Part shown: piece by piece, positions 11,092 through 22,782 of the stretch
Numbering within the stretch: the stretch's first letter is position 1
How the letters are laid out: the number at the start of each line of letters is the position of its first letter
From: Raja brachyura
Lineage: Eukaryota
NCBI GenBank assembly: GCA_963514005.1
Contig: OY740794.1
Coordinates: forward strand, 42,780,001-42,844,000
Direction of reading: 5' to 3'
DNA: 64,000 nt
Notes under the pieces: generated by a model
Databases searched by the model: none
The model's input: only the letters and a program-made list of their open reading frames with translations
Told to the model about the DNA's origin: nothing
Program-made: the position numbers and the translations under genes

Positions 11092-11244
11092 GGGGTTTTT
11101 TCCTTTGTTTGTTGTTAATAAATATTGTTATTATTTTTTCAGTACAAGCAGTCTGGAAAGTTGATTACTCCTATCCATCCTTATAAGTGGTGTGTGACAG
11201 CATGGATGTGGTCCAGGGCATGGAATCACAGAGCTTTGAAGTCT

Positions 11245-11351
11245 TCACGAAGTCACTCACGTGACTCCGAAATGAAATAGTAAGGTTAAACAAGAACTTA
11301 CCAGTTCGAAGGTTGATCTTTATTTTATGAGTTGCGATGAGGGATTTCGTG
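11245..11351. repeat. ICR of DIRS copy B
   Basis: Reverse complement of the 5' terminus (6238-6271) joined to that of the 3' terminus (11498-11577; 2 substitutions and a 3-nt gap). Confidence 0.93.
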
Positions 11352-11577
11352 CCCTCCGCTCCCAACCCTCGATCATAAATCAACTGCTAATTAGAGTCTC
11401 TTCAATCTTACTATAACAAGTCATTTCTCTGTTGTTGTTTCTGTGATTCCACACCGCTACTTTGAAGTATGTCGTGCATGCGTGCTGGCGGGTTCTTCAC
11501 GAAATCCCTCATCGCAACTCCTCATAAAATAAAGATCAACCTTCGAACTGGTAAGTTCTCGTTTAATCTTACTATTT

Positions 11578-12406
11578 TACTCAATCAGATTTGGAATGGC
11601 TGAGTAATCTCCCTCTCTTCGCCTCTCCGTGAAAAAGGCTCCCTCTTCGGTCGCCTTCTCCACGGAGAGGATGACTTTTTCCATGTCGCCTCCCCCGTGG
11701 CCTAACAGAAAAGATTGGTGCAGCCTATCCCGGAGATGCGCGCAGGGCTTCAGCTTCAGCGGCGGGCGCAGCGAGGACGCTTTCGGCGCAGAGTGGGCAA
11801 GCCCTTGCCGGGGGAAGCCGGAGGGGAGCGCTCCGTTCGCTGGCCCGCGGCAGTCTGAAGCCGGGGTCTGCAGAGCTCCAGCTGGTGGCGTCCTGGGCCT
11901 GAGATCCCTCGTTGGGGACCCGGGAGGAGAAGAGCTCCGACTGCCGGCCTGCGGCCAACTTCTACCACAAGTGCGGAGTGGACTTACCATCCTGGGCGTA
12001 ATCCCTCGCCGGGGATCCCTGGGGAGGAACTCTGACCGTCGGCCCTGCAGTCTGCGGTGCTTCTGGCTGCAGCGCGACGGGAACTTTAAATCTTCGGCCT
12101 GCGACCTACACCAACCTGAAGCCACCGGTGGGGAATCACTGATTCAATACTTACTTGGACTTACCTTGTCTGCACAACTGGACGCCCGCAGCGGTGACTG
12201 CGGAGGGTTGAAGTCCCAACCACGGGGGGAAATGGAGGAGGACTGGCCAATTTTTGTGCCTTCCACCACAGTGATGAATGCTGTGGGTGGATGTTTGTGT
12301 AAATTTTTATTGTGTATTGTGTGTTCTTTTTTATTGTGCCGCTGCTGGCAAATTCATTTCACTGCACTTTATGTGCAAGTGACGAATAAAACTTGACTTG
12401 AATTGA
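11578..12406 (+). mobile_element. GC-rich non-autonomous retroelement with a Rex1/Babar-like 3' tail
   Basis: Ends ATTTCACTGCACTTTATGTGCAAGTGACGAATAAAA(CTTGA)n; shares GCCTTCCACCACAGTGA with 17376-17640 (-) and a similar tail with 37993-38150. Confidence 0.6.
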
Positions 12407-12842
12407 GATTCCGAACTGTCCTTCCCGCCCTTGTCTACCATTCACGCCAGCCCCAGATTATGTCTCCAACCTATGGCACTTCCTATTCACCAACTCTGAA
12501 AACTGCACTTACACAAAGCAATGTGTCTATTGCCATTTAGTGGAACCCAAACCCCCTGGGCTGCAAGCACAACTGGTATCGACTTAAATTGCCATTGCCA
12601 TACCACACATTGACCTTCTATGAACTGTTAATTGTGCTCCATTTTTTTACTTGCATGTCGACAAATGCACTGTTGAATTAAAGGAACTGGTTTGTTGAAA
12701 TGAAATGAGGAGTGTCATCCTGGTTTACTTTCTTCCAGGAGAACCAAAAGTAACAACTTGCATTTATATAGCAGTTTTAGCATTATAAGGTTGCTGAAGG
12801 CCATTTCTCCTGTTAATCTAAAAATGTTAGCATCTGAGTTTA

Positions 12843-13370
12843 AGGGCCAGTGCCGTGGTGCTGCAGTAGAGCTGTTGCCTCACAGCGCTAAAGACCCACG
12901 TTCAATCCCGACATCTCTAATTTTGGAGTTTGCACGTTCTCCCTGTGACCACGTGGTTTTTTCTCGGGGTGCTCTGGTTTCCTCCCACATTCCAAAGATG
13001 TGCAGGTTTGTAAGTTGATTTGGCTTCTGTAAATTGCCCCTAGTGTGTAGGATGTAAAAGTGGGATAACTTAGAACTGGTTTATAGTGATCGATGGTGGG
13101 CGTGGAGTTGGTGGGTCGAGGGGTCTGTTTCCACGCTGTATCTTTAAGGGCCTGTCCCACGGCCATCATTTGCGCGTAATTTACGCAACATAATTTACGC
13201 GCCACGATGTGCGCGTCGCGACACGCTTGTGATGCGCGCATGGTGCGTGATGACATAGACAGTGACGCGCGACCACGCAGGATTTTGTGATGTACAAAAT
13301 CTTTGTGCGCCATCTGCAGGACGCGCAATGACGGCCATATGGGACGGGCCCTTTAAACTCTAAACTAAAA
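12843..13370 (+). mobile_element. HE1-type V-SINE interrupted by a MITE
   Basis: tRNA-like head (GGTAGAG..GTTCAATCC), V-core GGTTTCCTCCCACA, CR1-like tail ending TAAACTAAA. Confidence 0.85.
13147..13352. mobile_element. PIF/Harbinger-type MITE
   Basis: TIRs AGGGCCTGTCCCA..TGGGACGGGCCCT; TTA TSD at 13144-46 and 13353-55; inserted in the SINE tail. Confidence 0.8.
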
Positions 13371-13799
13371 GGGGCAGTGAGAGACACCAAATACTGTGCT
13401 GTACACTATACAGTCTTATTGTATTTGGATCCAAGAACCTTCGTCCCTTGGCATCTTTCGGATTCCTTTACATTCACAGATTTGTGGATCATTGGTGGAT
13501 TGTTCTGAACAATGTACTCCCTAATCTGTGGTGAATATGTTTAACAATTCCAGGGGAAGATTTCCATATTCATGCCTTGTTTGCATCAAATTTGTATCAC
13601 AGAAAGATTACCTTTCATTGAGTGATAAGTACTTGCTATTTGAGTTTAAATGTGTCTTCTTGAATTTTATTGTACTTGCAGGACAAAAGGCATTGGGATA
13701 ATGGGAGTGGTGCTGATTTGGTGGGAGTGGTGTTAATGCGGTCTTAAGGCGGGATGAATGAGTAGAAGTAGCAATCCTTTTCAATCGTGTCCGCTTCTA

Positions 13800-14048
13800 T
13801 ATCTCCCTCTGGCAGCTCATTCAAGATATGGACTACCCTCCAAGTGAATAAGTTGCCCCTGAAGTCCCCCCTGAAAAGCTACCCTCTCACCGTAAACTTG
13901 CGCCCTCGAATTTTAGAATCCTCTAACCTGGGAAAGAGACTGTGAGTGTTCACTCTATTCATCTCTGGCATCATCTTGTACACATCAATGCCACTCCTCA
14001 GCGTCTTACGCTCCAAAGAGTGAGTTCCTAACCTTTCTAACTTCTTAT
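13800..14048 (-). mobile_element. Degenerate CR1/HER1 LINE fragment
   Basis: YKKLERLGTHSLERKTLRSGIDVYKMM..LFPRLEDSKIRG matches the CR1 RT C-terminus. Confidence 0.75.
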
Positions 14049-14781
14049 AATTCAACTTCAACCTTCAAAATGGCGCCGATAGAATGTGACAGAGGAAAAG
14101 AACAGTTCCAGTGAGTGGGTTGTGGTCTTACCTCCTGCCCACTCGGAAATGCTCTGGGTGTACTGAGTTTGGCTACGGGAGGACGCCTTTGCCACGGAGG
14201 CTCAGTGGTGACTGTGTGAGGAAAGGGGCGCCGTGTTTGTGGGTCCATCTGATTAGGTCGAGGTGTTGGTGGAGTGAGGCGCTGGAAATGCAGTTTTTTA
14301 GTTTAATTTTAGCCTGAAAAAGGGTCTCGGCCCAAAACGACACCCATCCCCTTTCTCCAGAGATGTCCCGCTGAGACACTCTAGCATTCTGTGTCCATCT
14401 TTGGAATGTTATTTGGAATTCTGGGGAATAATATTCCAAGAGCCTATAACGACTGCTCCAGACGATTTGTGCTTGGTCTTACCGAGAGACTGCTCTCTGA
14501 ATTAATCCAAGAACAGAGCATGATATGCTGGACAGCCATCGTAAAGTAACATTACCTGCTGCTCTGTGCAGAATGTAATTACTGACAGTGACTCTGGAGA
14601 ACATGGATTTCCGGAATAAAGACATTTGTTTTACATTTCGGTACTCCTGGATCAGATTCCTATGATGGCAGCATATATTGGAGAGGATGAGACCTAATAT
14701 AGTAGATTTGAAATTATTGTGGACGGAAGCCTCTGCTTGTCACCTCTATAATGCATATTTCAAATTGCAGCTTTTTTTAAT

Positions 14782-14997
14782 GTGTAGGAAGGAACTGCAG
14801 ATGCCGGTTTAAACCGAATGTAGTCACAAAATGCTGGAGTAACTCAGTGGGACAGGCAGCATCTCTGGAGAGAAGGAATGGGTGACGTTTTGGGTCGAGA
14901 CCCTTCCTCAGACAGTCTCGATCGGAAACGTCACCCATTCCTTCTCTCCAAAGGTGCTGCCTGTCCCACTGAGTTACTCCAGCAATTTATGTCTATC
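14782..14997. mobile_element. Penelope pLTR fold-back (inverted pair)
   Basis: Two inverted pLTR arms meeting at the hammerhead; imperfect ~15-bp TSD 14766-14781 / 14998-15012. Confidence 0.8.
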
Positions 14998-15482
14998 TGC
15001 AGCGTTTTTAATATTGAGTTGGCACTGATCAGGAGCCATTCTTAGATGAGGAAAGTGCAAAGTGATTGAATGTGTGGGTTGAGGGCCTGTAATGTGCCAA
15101 ATATTTGAACAATTCTAGTTACACATTTGACAGCTATTATTTTAAGGAGACTGAAGCCATGGTTTATGTCTAGGAGTTGAATCCTTTAAAGTGCACACAG
15201 GACAGGGCAAGGAGGCGGATACAGAGTGCTGAAGTAACTCAAACAGGCAGCATCTCCACAACATGGTTGCAGGTCAGGACCGAACCTGGCGCTGAACCAG
15301 ATGTGCCACTGTGCCACCGCATAATTGTTTATTGAATGTTTAATGAGCCAGTAAAGCTGCAACAAATAGGGATTTCATTGTATAGTTCCCCTATATAACA
15401 ATTAAAACATTCTGGACTCTTGGGGAAGGGTATTATGCTCCAGTCCTCTTCAATCTCCTTAAAATAGGGTGTCACAGTGAAT

Positions 15483-15770
15483 GGCACAGCCGTAGAGAGG
15501 TTGCCTTACAGCGCCAGAGACCCGGGTTTGATTCAGACTATGGGTGCTGTCTCTACGGAATTAGTATGTACTCCCTGTGACCACGTGGGTTTTCTCCAGG
15601 TGCTCCGGTTTCCTCCCACATTCCGAAAACATGCAGGCCTGTAGGTTAATTGGCTTCGGCAAATTGTCTCGAATGTGTAGGATAGCACAAGTGTATGGAT
15701 GATCGCTGGTCGGCGCAGACTCGGTGGGCCGAATGGTGTGCTTCCGCGCAATATCTCTAAACTAAACTAA
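15483..15770 (+). mobile_element. HE1-type V-SINE
   Basis: tRNA head, V-core, (TAAAC)n tail. Confidence 0.88.
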
Positions 15771-15871
15771 TTAGCTCTCTTTCGTTCTCATTTTATCAGT
15801 TGTGTTTTTTTTTCTGATAGTGCTAATTGGTGCTAATTTATGGTGATCCAGGTTCTGGAAACACTGACTCC

Positions 15872-16005
15872 AGTAAGACACAAAATGCTGGAGTAACTCA
15901 GCGGGTCAGGCAGCATCTCTGAAGAGAAGGAATGTTTTGGGTCGAGACCCTTCTTCATTTTGTGCCTATTTTCGATTTAAACCAGCATCTGCAGTTCTTT
16001 CCTAC
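15872..16005. mobile_element. Penelope pLTR fold-back
   Basis: Inverted arms; 11-bp TSD ACACTGACTCC at 15861-15871 / 16006-16016. Confidence 0.8.
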
Positions 16006-16899
16006 ACACTGACTCCTGGAAGTTGGGTGTTGTCATCTGTGAGATGTCGCCTGAGTCGAGCTTCTTTGTTGGGTCCTTGAGACTGTCAGCATTGATTTTT
16101 CTTGTAGCAGTATTTCTGTTGCGGCTGTTGTTTAGAGGCCATGCTAATGGAGATAATGGAGCGAATTGTCAATCTCTACCCAGCTTTATTCAGCCGTTGT
16201 CCGCACATGGCTTGGAGGAAGTGCTTGGAGGATGGTCTGAAGGTTCCCTGTTAAATTGATGTGTGTTTGTGCTTCGAGATTGATGGGGGGGGGGATGTGA
16301 TTCTTGTGAAACAAGCACCCGAGAGGATTCTGGACCACGAGGAATGTGCCCGCGTCCTGTTGTGCTTAAGTGGAAACAGAAGCAAGGACAAATTGAGTTG
16401 CGCAGGTTTGGGTTATCAACACCCAGAGGATGCTTTGTGGCTGGTACGTGAATGGCCCTGATCATGAGCCACCTTATCATCCTTCAACGCTTTCAGTCCT
16501 GCCTGAAACGGCTATAAATTGCCATTCTCCTTGAAGTAGCACATCCAGATCTTATACTGCTACGCCTGCCGCCCAGTAGGGCAAGGTCATGGGGGGGTTG
16601 TTGCAACTCTCTTGTTGGTGAGGCAATGCCAAGAAGCAGGCTATTTTTGTTTCGTGCATTTCATCCATTTATTCTTTCTTCATAGATGCGAGTTAGCAGC
16701 AAAATAACTGGAAAATATCACATTTTCCGCTTGGCACAACTGGTGGAACAACTGCTACAGACACAGGAGGCTGTGTACAATGTGCTGCATCCAGGGCTTT
16801 TATTAAATGTCTCGGGCACACCTAAAACCACACTGATCGTACGCTCCCCATCCTCTTCATACCCCTTAAGTTTCCCTTTCTCTACCTGCCTCTCATGCG

Positions 16900-17372
16900 C
16901 TATGAGTGAGTCTATGTCCTGCCCTCTTTCTGCCTTTGTTCCTCATTTCACTCTCTCTCTGTCTCTCTTTCTCTTCATACCTCTATCTCTCCCCCCCCTC
17001 TGCACTCTCATTATCTCTGCCACTCTGTCCCTCATGCTCTCTCTCTCTGCTCCCTCTGCTCCCCCCTCTGTCTGCTCCCTTTCTCTTTCTGTTCCCTCCC
17101 CCTCTCTGTTCCTCTCTCTCTCACTCTCCGTGCCCCCCCATCCCTCCTGCATCTCTCTCTCTGCTCCCACTCTTCCACATTTTATCCCCCTGTGCACACC
17201 GCCCCTCCCGTTCTCTCTGCCACCCTCTACCTCTCTCTGCCGCTTCCCCCCTTCGCTCAGCCTCCCCCCAACCCCTCTCTGCCTCCCTGGTGCTCTATGT
17301 AGAACATGTTTACTCCCTTGTTATTCTGGCTGTTTCACATTATCTGGACAAAGATAGATAGATAGATAGATC
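16900..17372. repeat. CT-rich low-complexity tract followed by short (GATA)n
   Basis: Pyrimidine-rich run; GATAGATAGATAG at ~17353-17372. Confidence 0.85.
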
Positions 17373-17375
17373 GAT

Positions 17376-17640
17376 CTTTATTGTCATTCAGCCCTTTCGG
17401 TCTGAACGAAATTGTTTACCATACAGTTATAACATATAATTAAAAAAAACAAAACACACAATAAAACCATATCCAACATCTACCACAATGAGTTCACCAG
17501 GCACCTCCTCACTGTGGTGGAAGGCAAAAGTCTTAAGTCATTGCCTTCATCCCTCCTAGTTCTCCCTCTGCGCTGAGGCGATCCAGGACTCCGACGCCGC
17601 TGGAGCACCGCAGCTCTAAGCCGGACCGCCGCCGTTGATC
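17376..17640 (-). mobile_element. Non-autonomous retroelement fragment with Rex-like tail
   Basis: TTTATTGTCA tail next to a microsatellite; shares a motif with 12258-12275. Confidence 0.55.
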
Positions 17641-17853
17641 AGTGAAGACAGTTATGCAGGAAGCCTGAGATAATTCCACACCTGTTATAGAACACGTTTA
17701 AATGGTTAAATGTTTTCACTTTCATTTAAATGGAAGGAATAATGAGGCTGGCACGTTTACCCATTTAGGAGTCTCTTTGTGCTTTTCCAGTCTGTGGTTC
17801 CACCAGGCCAATACAACATGTCCAGGCAATAAAGGCACTCCCCTCTTTATCTC

Positions 17854-17993
17854 GAAGGTAGACACAAAATGTTGGAGTAACTCAGCGGGGCATGCAGCAT
17901 CTCTGGAGAGAAGGAATGCTGCTGGTCCCACTGAGTTACTCCAGCATTTTGTGTCTACCTTCAATTTAAACCAGCATCTGCAGTTCTTTCTTA
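17854..17993. mobile_element. Penelope pLTR fold-back
   Basis: Inverted arms; 14-bp TSD CCCCTCTTTATCTC at 17840-17853 / 17994-18007. Confidence 0.82.
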
Positions 17994-18825
17994 CCCCTCT
18001 TTATCTCCCTCGCTTTCATTAAAACCAGGTTGGCAGTGATATTGTGCACTGGCATGTTTCAGACCATCACTTGGGCATGAGTAAAATGTGGTTAAAGTGT
18101 TCGCTTCAGCCCACTTAAGTTGCTCCTTTGTTAAATTGGGAAGCACTTATGTTACAAGCAGCCACAATTATACACCCTGTGTTACGTCGTTTAATGGTGA
18201 AAGTGAATGTTTCCCATTTGCAGACTATAAAGTTAAAGCCTGAGCAGCAACAGGTCCATCTCGGTATCTTACTCCAAACGTTTTGTATCTAATAAACCTC
18301 TACTGAGGCCAGGGGTTGCTAACGAGTGAGTTTATCAGCGCCAAAAATAAACGGCAGATATCCTGAGGCTGATGAGTTGACTTTGAATTTGCCACTGACT
18401 GGAGGAGATCCTTCGGGTTGTGAGTCAGCATGGTAAGACCACCCTCTAAATCAATACCAGAGCAGATTTACTTTCAAATTGGCTTTTACCACACAAAAGA
18501 CAGCTGTGTGTTATGCAGGAAACTGCTGACACAGTGGAAAGCTCCATTTGAGGATTGGAGGCAAAACGCTCGTGTCTCTGAAAACTTAATTATTGATGTC
18601 ATCTTCAAACATTCTTTACGATTTGCAGTTGTCACTATCCAGCATCTAATTCCTTGGTTAAATTCTACTGTATGGTTGAACTTCATGTGTGCTACTGAGG
18701 GTGTAAGCGGTGCATTGTTTTGGAGACTAAAAGGTGCATAAATTTAATAAACATACGTGTTTATTAATGTGGCTGGGAAATGAAATAATGACGTTTATTA
18801 TTTAGAGGTGAAGATACTCTTGACT

Positions 18826-19012
18826 GTGTAGGAAGGAACTGCAGATGCTGGTTTAAACCAAAGATAGATAGACACAAAAAGTCTGAAGAAGGGTCTTGAC
18901 CCGAAACGTCACCTATTACTTTTCTCCAGAGATGCTGCCTGACCCGCTGAGTTGCTCCATCTTTTTGTGACTGTCTTTGGTTTAATCAGCATCTGCAGTT
19001 CCTTCTCACACG
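18826..19012. mobile_element. Penelope pLTR fold-back with intact hammerhead core
   Basis: CTGAAGA-AGGGTCTTGACCC-GAAAC-GTC at 18883-18910. Confidence 0.8.
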
Positions 19013-19465
19013 CTTTGTGTGTTTGTTACCAGTCTCAGGAAGTGCACTGCACACCAGTGTTACATTAAATTAGCCAAACGGACACAACAGGCTGATTTCA
19101 CTGCTAGTTCATCCTGATGTTTAATGACCTGTTACATCTTCATCTGTTCTTATCCCAAGTTGGGGAAACAGCAAAATGTTGCCTCTTCCTGCATGTTGCA
19201 AGCATTCTGTGAAGTGTTGTCAGTCAGTTAGATGTGTGAGTTAGACACGGGAGACTTATTCGTGCAGGTGAGAGGCATTCGTTTTGAGAGCAATAATTTG
19301 CCAGATTTCCCGTGTATTGAGTTCAAGTGCTGAAAGCTTTACATGAAGCCTGGCAGGTAAGTGACTCTTCTGTGCAAATGTAATCAGTGCCTCAAATGTC
19401 ACTTTGCAAAAGAACTTGCACTTGTGGTACAGCTTGCAATATGGCATATGTCCTTTGATTATGCA

Positions 19466-19769
19466 TTTTAGTTTAGTTTAGAGATGTAACCAGGAAACAA
19501 GCCCTTTGGCTTACCGAGTCCACGCCGACCAGCGATCCCTGTACACAAACACTATCTTACACGCTAGGGACAATTTACAATTGTACCAAGCCAATTAACG
19601 TACACACCTGTACGTCTTTGGAGTGTGGGAAGAAACTGGAGATCCCGAAGAAAACCCACTCAGATCACGGGGAGAACATACAAACTCCGTACAGACTGCA
19701 CCTGTAGTCAGGATCGAACCAGGATCCCTGGTGCTGTAAGGCAGCAACTCTACCACTGTGCTACCGTGG
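19466..19769 (-). mobile_element. HE1-type V-SINE
   Basis: Reverse-complement head, core and (GTTTA)n tail. Confidence 0.88.
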
Positions 19770-20004
19770 TGCACTATGTGTTTGGTGCATACATGTATTA
19801 ATTCAGTGTGCAAACAGCGTCATTTGTCAGGAATAGTTTAAAAAAATTGTAAAAATACGTCCACTTAAACCTTTGGAATCTTACTATATATTGGCACCTG
19901 CCATTTAAAATTGCTGTGGAGTGAATAAAAGGCCCAGTTTGAATGTTTCAGTTAATCTATTGAGCTAAGTGCAGTAAATTCCCTGCCATATTCTTGGTGT
20001 CATC

Positions 20005-20301
20005 TTTTAGACTTTGGAGATGCAACGTGGAAACAGGCCCATTGGCCCATCGAGTATGCGCAGACCAGCGATCACTCATTACACTTGCACTATCCTAAAC
20101 ATTAGGGCCAATTTCCAATTTCACAGAAGCCAAACCTGTACGTCTTCGGAGTGTGGGGAGAAACCGGAGCGCCTGGAAAAAACCCACGCAGTCACGGGGA
20201 GAACTTGCAAACTCCATACGGACAGCGCCCGTAGTCAGGATCGAACCCGGGTCTCTGGCACTGTCAGGTAGCAACTCGACCGCTGCGCCACTGTGCCGCC
20301 C
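20005..20301 (-). mobile_element. HE1-type V-SINE
   Basis: Reverse-complement head, core and tail. Confidence 0.88.
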
Positions 20302-20659
20302 ACTAAAGCTGTCCCCTGGGTCCACACCTGGATCTTGGTCAGAGTTGCTGAAACTAACTTGAAATCAGCCGGCACCCATCGGAAGAAAAGCTGCAGAATT
20401 TGCTCGGATTTAACGACATATCTGTAGTCATTGTTTGACTTGCACATGAAATATGATAGGCAAAGCACTTTTGGGCTTTGCAGTCTGTGATGTTACATCC
20501 TGAAATTAGAAGTTACCTTCAGGGCAAGAAGAATAAAGAAAAGCACCTACTTTGCAGCTCATGAATCTATGTCAGCCACATCACTATAAACTTGATCACA
20601 AAAGCATTCTCATTCCCCCTCCATAGACTGACTCTCTATTTCCAATGGATCTTTTCTAA

Positions 20660-21082
20660 AACCCAGCTGGGGGCAGCTTACAACCCAGCAATATGAATAT
20701 TGATTTCTCTAATTTCAAGTAACCCGTGCATTCCTCCTCTCTCCGTTCCTCCCCCACCCTAGTCATCGTGCTAGTTTCATTGCTCGTTATCATCTCGTCC
20801 ACAGCCAACAATGAACCATTGTGGCCTCCGCCTTTCCCGAATCATCAATGCCAGTGTATGCGTCCTTGCCACCTTCCCTTCAGCTAACAGTGAACCATTC
20901 TACATTTCCATATCATCGTCTGCTTTGATCTGTCGTTTTCACACCTTGCCCATCCATATCTCTAGATTCCCTCTCCCCTCACTCTCAGTCTGACGAAGGG
21001 TCTCGATCCGAAATGCCGCCTGTTTCTCTTCTCCAGAGATGCTGCCTGACCCGCTGAGGTACTCCAGCGTTGTGTATCTTCG
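20660..21082 (+). mobile_element. Penelope 3' fragment
   Basis: LGAAYNP..MNIDFSNFK-like end of GIY-YIG, then 3' UTR and pLTR. Confidence 0.78.
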
Positions 21083-21609
21083 GGGGAATTACCATTGTAG
21101 AGGAGCTGCCAGATTCCTGGCTGGGTCCTGAACGAAACAGTAATGCAAAGGGACTTTATTCTTCTAGTTTTTATCTCAAAATATGATTGTTTGCAAAAGA
21201 CCACCTGAGTCCAAAAGCCACCTTGCCTGATGGGTTGGTGTTATCCCCCCAAATACAGCATGATTCACCCTGAAATGGCACCTCCTAGAGTTGTGGAGAT
21301 ACTCTGCAGGTCAGGCAGCACAAAGAGGCAAAGAAATGCAGAAGCTGGTTACTACAATGATAAACACAAAGTGCCAGAGTAAACCAGTGGGTCAGGCAGC
21401 ATCTCTGGAGAAAAAGGATGGGTCGGGATGTTTAGGGTCGGGACCCTTCTGTAGACCACTTCTTCAGGTAGCATCTTTGGGGAGGGAGAGCTAACATTTC
21501 AGGTCGATGGTCTCTCACCAGAGAGAAAATTGTCTGACTTCCAATTTACACTGTTGGATAACAAGGGACTATGGATATAGATTGAATATGGCTCTGTATG
21601 TCATTGTGC

Positions 21610-21915
21610 ATAGTTTCCACTAGTAGGAGATCTAGGACTAGAGGACATAGCTTCAGAATAAAAGGAGATGAGGAGGAATTTCCTTAGTCAGAGGGTGGTG
21701 AACCTGTGGAATTCATTACCACAGATGACTGTGGAGGCCACGTCAATGGATATTTTTAAGGCGAAGATTGATAGATTCTTGATTAGTACAGGTGTCGGGT
21801 TATGGAGAGAAGGCAGGAGAATGCGTTTGAGGGGGAAAGATAGATCAGTCATGATTGCATGGCGGAGTAGACTTGATGGGCCGAATGACCTAATTTTTGC
21901 TCCTGTTACTTATGC
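21610..21915 (+). mobile_element. CR1/HER1 LINE 3' end
   Basis: MRRNFLSQRVVNLWNSLPQ..DIFKAKIDRFL plus 3' UTR. Confidence 0.85.
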
Positions 21916-22502
21916 ACTTATATCCAGACCACCAGAACCGTAGAACACATTCCAAAACATTGGTTATTGGGTTCACGCTGAGGTCTGTGGCTAACATTTG
22001 GCTCTGTGCTTTGCCTTGTATCGCAGGGAGCCTTGCTGAAACAAAATAAGGAACACAGTGTTCCTAGCGTTTGTACATGGAGCTGGCAGACTCCAGCATC
22101 CACTGTGTGTGCCATTGATTACTGCCATGGCCCCTTCATGAACTGCCCATTGAGGAAGCTCTCTTGTGGAGCAACAGAGTTAACTTCCCGTTATTTGCCT
22201 TTGAGCTTGCGTTAGACCATGTGTTCTGCACCACAATGTAAAGGAGAAAGCTATAAAATAGAAGAAGTATCAGTGATTACAATGGGCCCTTCACCCATCC
22301 AGTGAGTTCCTACAGAAGCGTGGCCCCCGTTGTGGGAGTTACGTAGCCGTTTTTAAGCATGGCACATTTTAGCAAGCGCTGGCCGCACAGTCGGTGATCA
22401 GACCATCTGTTTCAAATATTTGATGAGGCGCAAATTGTAGCCAAAACATTGTGAGAAACCCCAGGCTAGTCCCCTTCGAGTAGAGCGAAGGGAATTGTTC
22501 TG

Positions 22503-22781
22503 AGGCGGCACAGTGGCACAGCGGTAGAGTTGCTTCCTTTCAGCGCCAGAGACTCAGTTTCGATCCTGACTACGGGTGCTGTCTGTACAAAGTTTGTTCG
22601 TTCTCCCCGTGACATCTTGGGTTTCCCCTCTCATTCTAACGACATGCAGGTTTGTTGGTTAATTGGCTTCTGTAAATTATCCCTGGTGTGTAAGATAGAA
22701 CTAGTGTACAGGTGATCACTGGTCGGCTTGGAGGGCCAAAAGTCCTGTTTCCACGCGGTATCTCTAAACTAAGCTAAGCTA
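22503..22781 (+). mobile_element. HE1-type V-SINE
   Basis: Head, core and tail. Confidence 0.85.
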
Positions 22782-22782
22782 G

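Larger units (their letters stand above)
6238..11577 (+). mobile_element. DIRS1-type tyrosine-recombinase retrotransposon, copy B (full length, 5340 bp; different family from A)
   Basis: Same ORF order; 5' ITR ~6266-6300 vs 3' ITR ~11468-11502; ICR ~11245-11351; ATTT at both ends. Confidence 0.95.

Noticed and set aside
11629-12396. 255-aa ORF
   Set aside because: GC-rich repeat body running into a retro-tail; non-ATG start and no recognisable domain.
14070-14116. AAAATGGCG (Kozak/YY1-like) short frame MAPIECDRGKEQF with CA|GTGAGT donor as a first exon
   Set aside because: It directly abuts a CR1 fragment with no CpG island, and joining to the next good acceptor (16685) hits a stop within 7 codons.
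16686-17357. 223-aa ORF
   Set aside because: Open only because of the CT-rich low-complexity tract.
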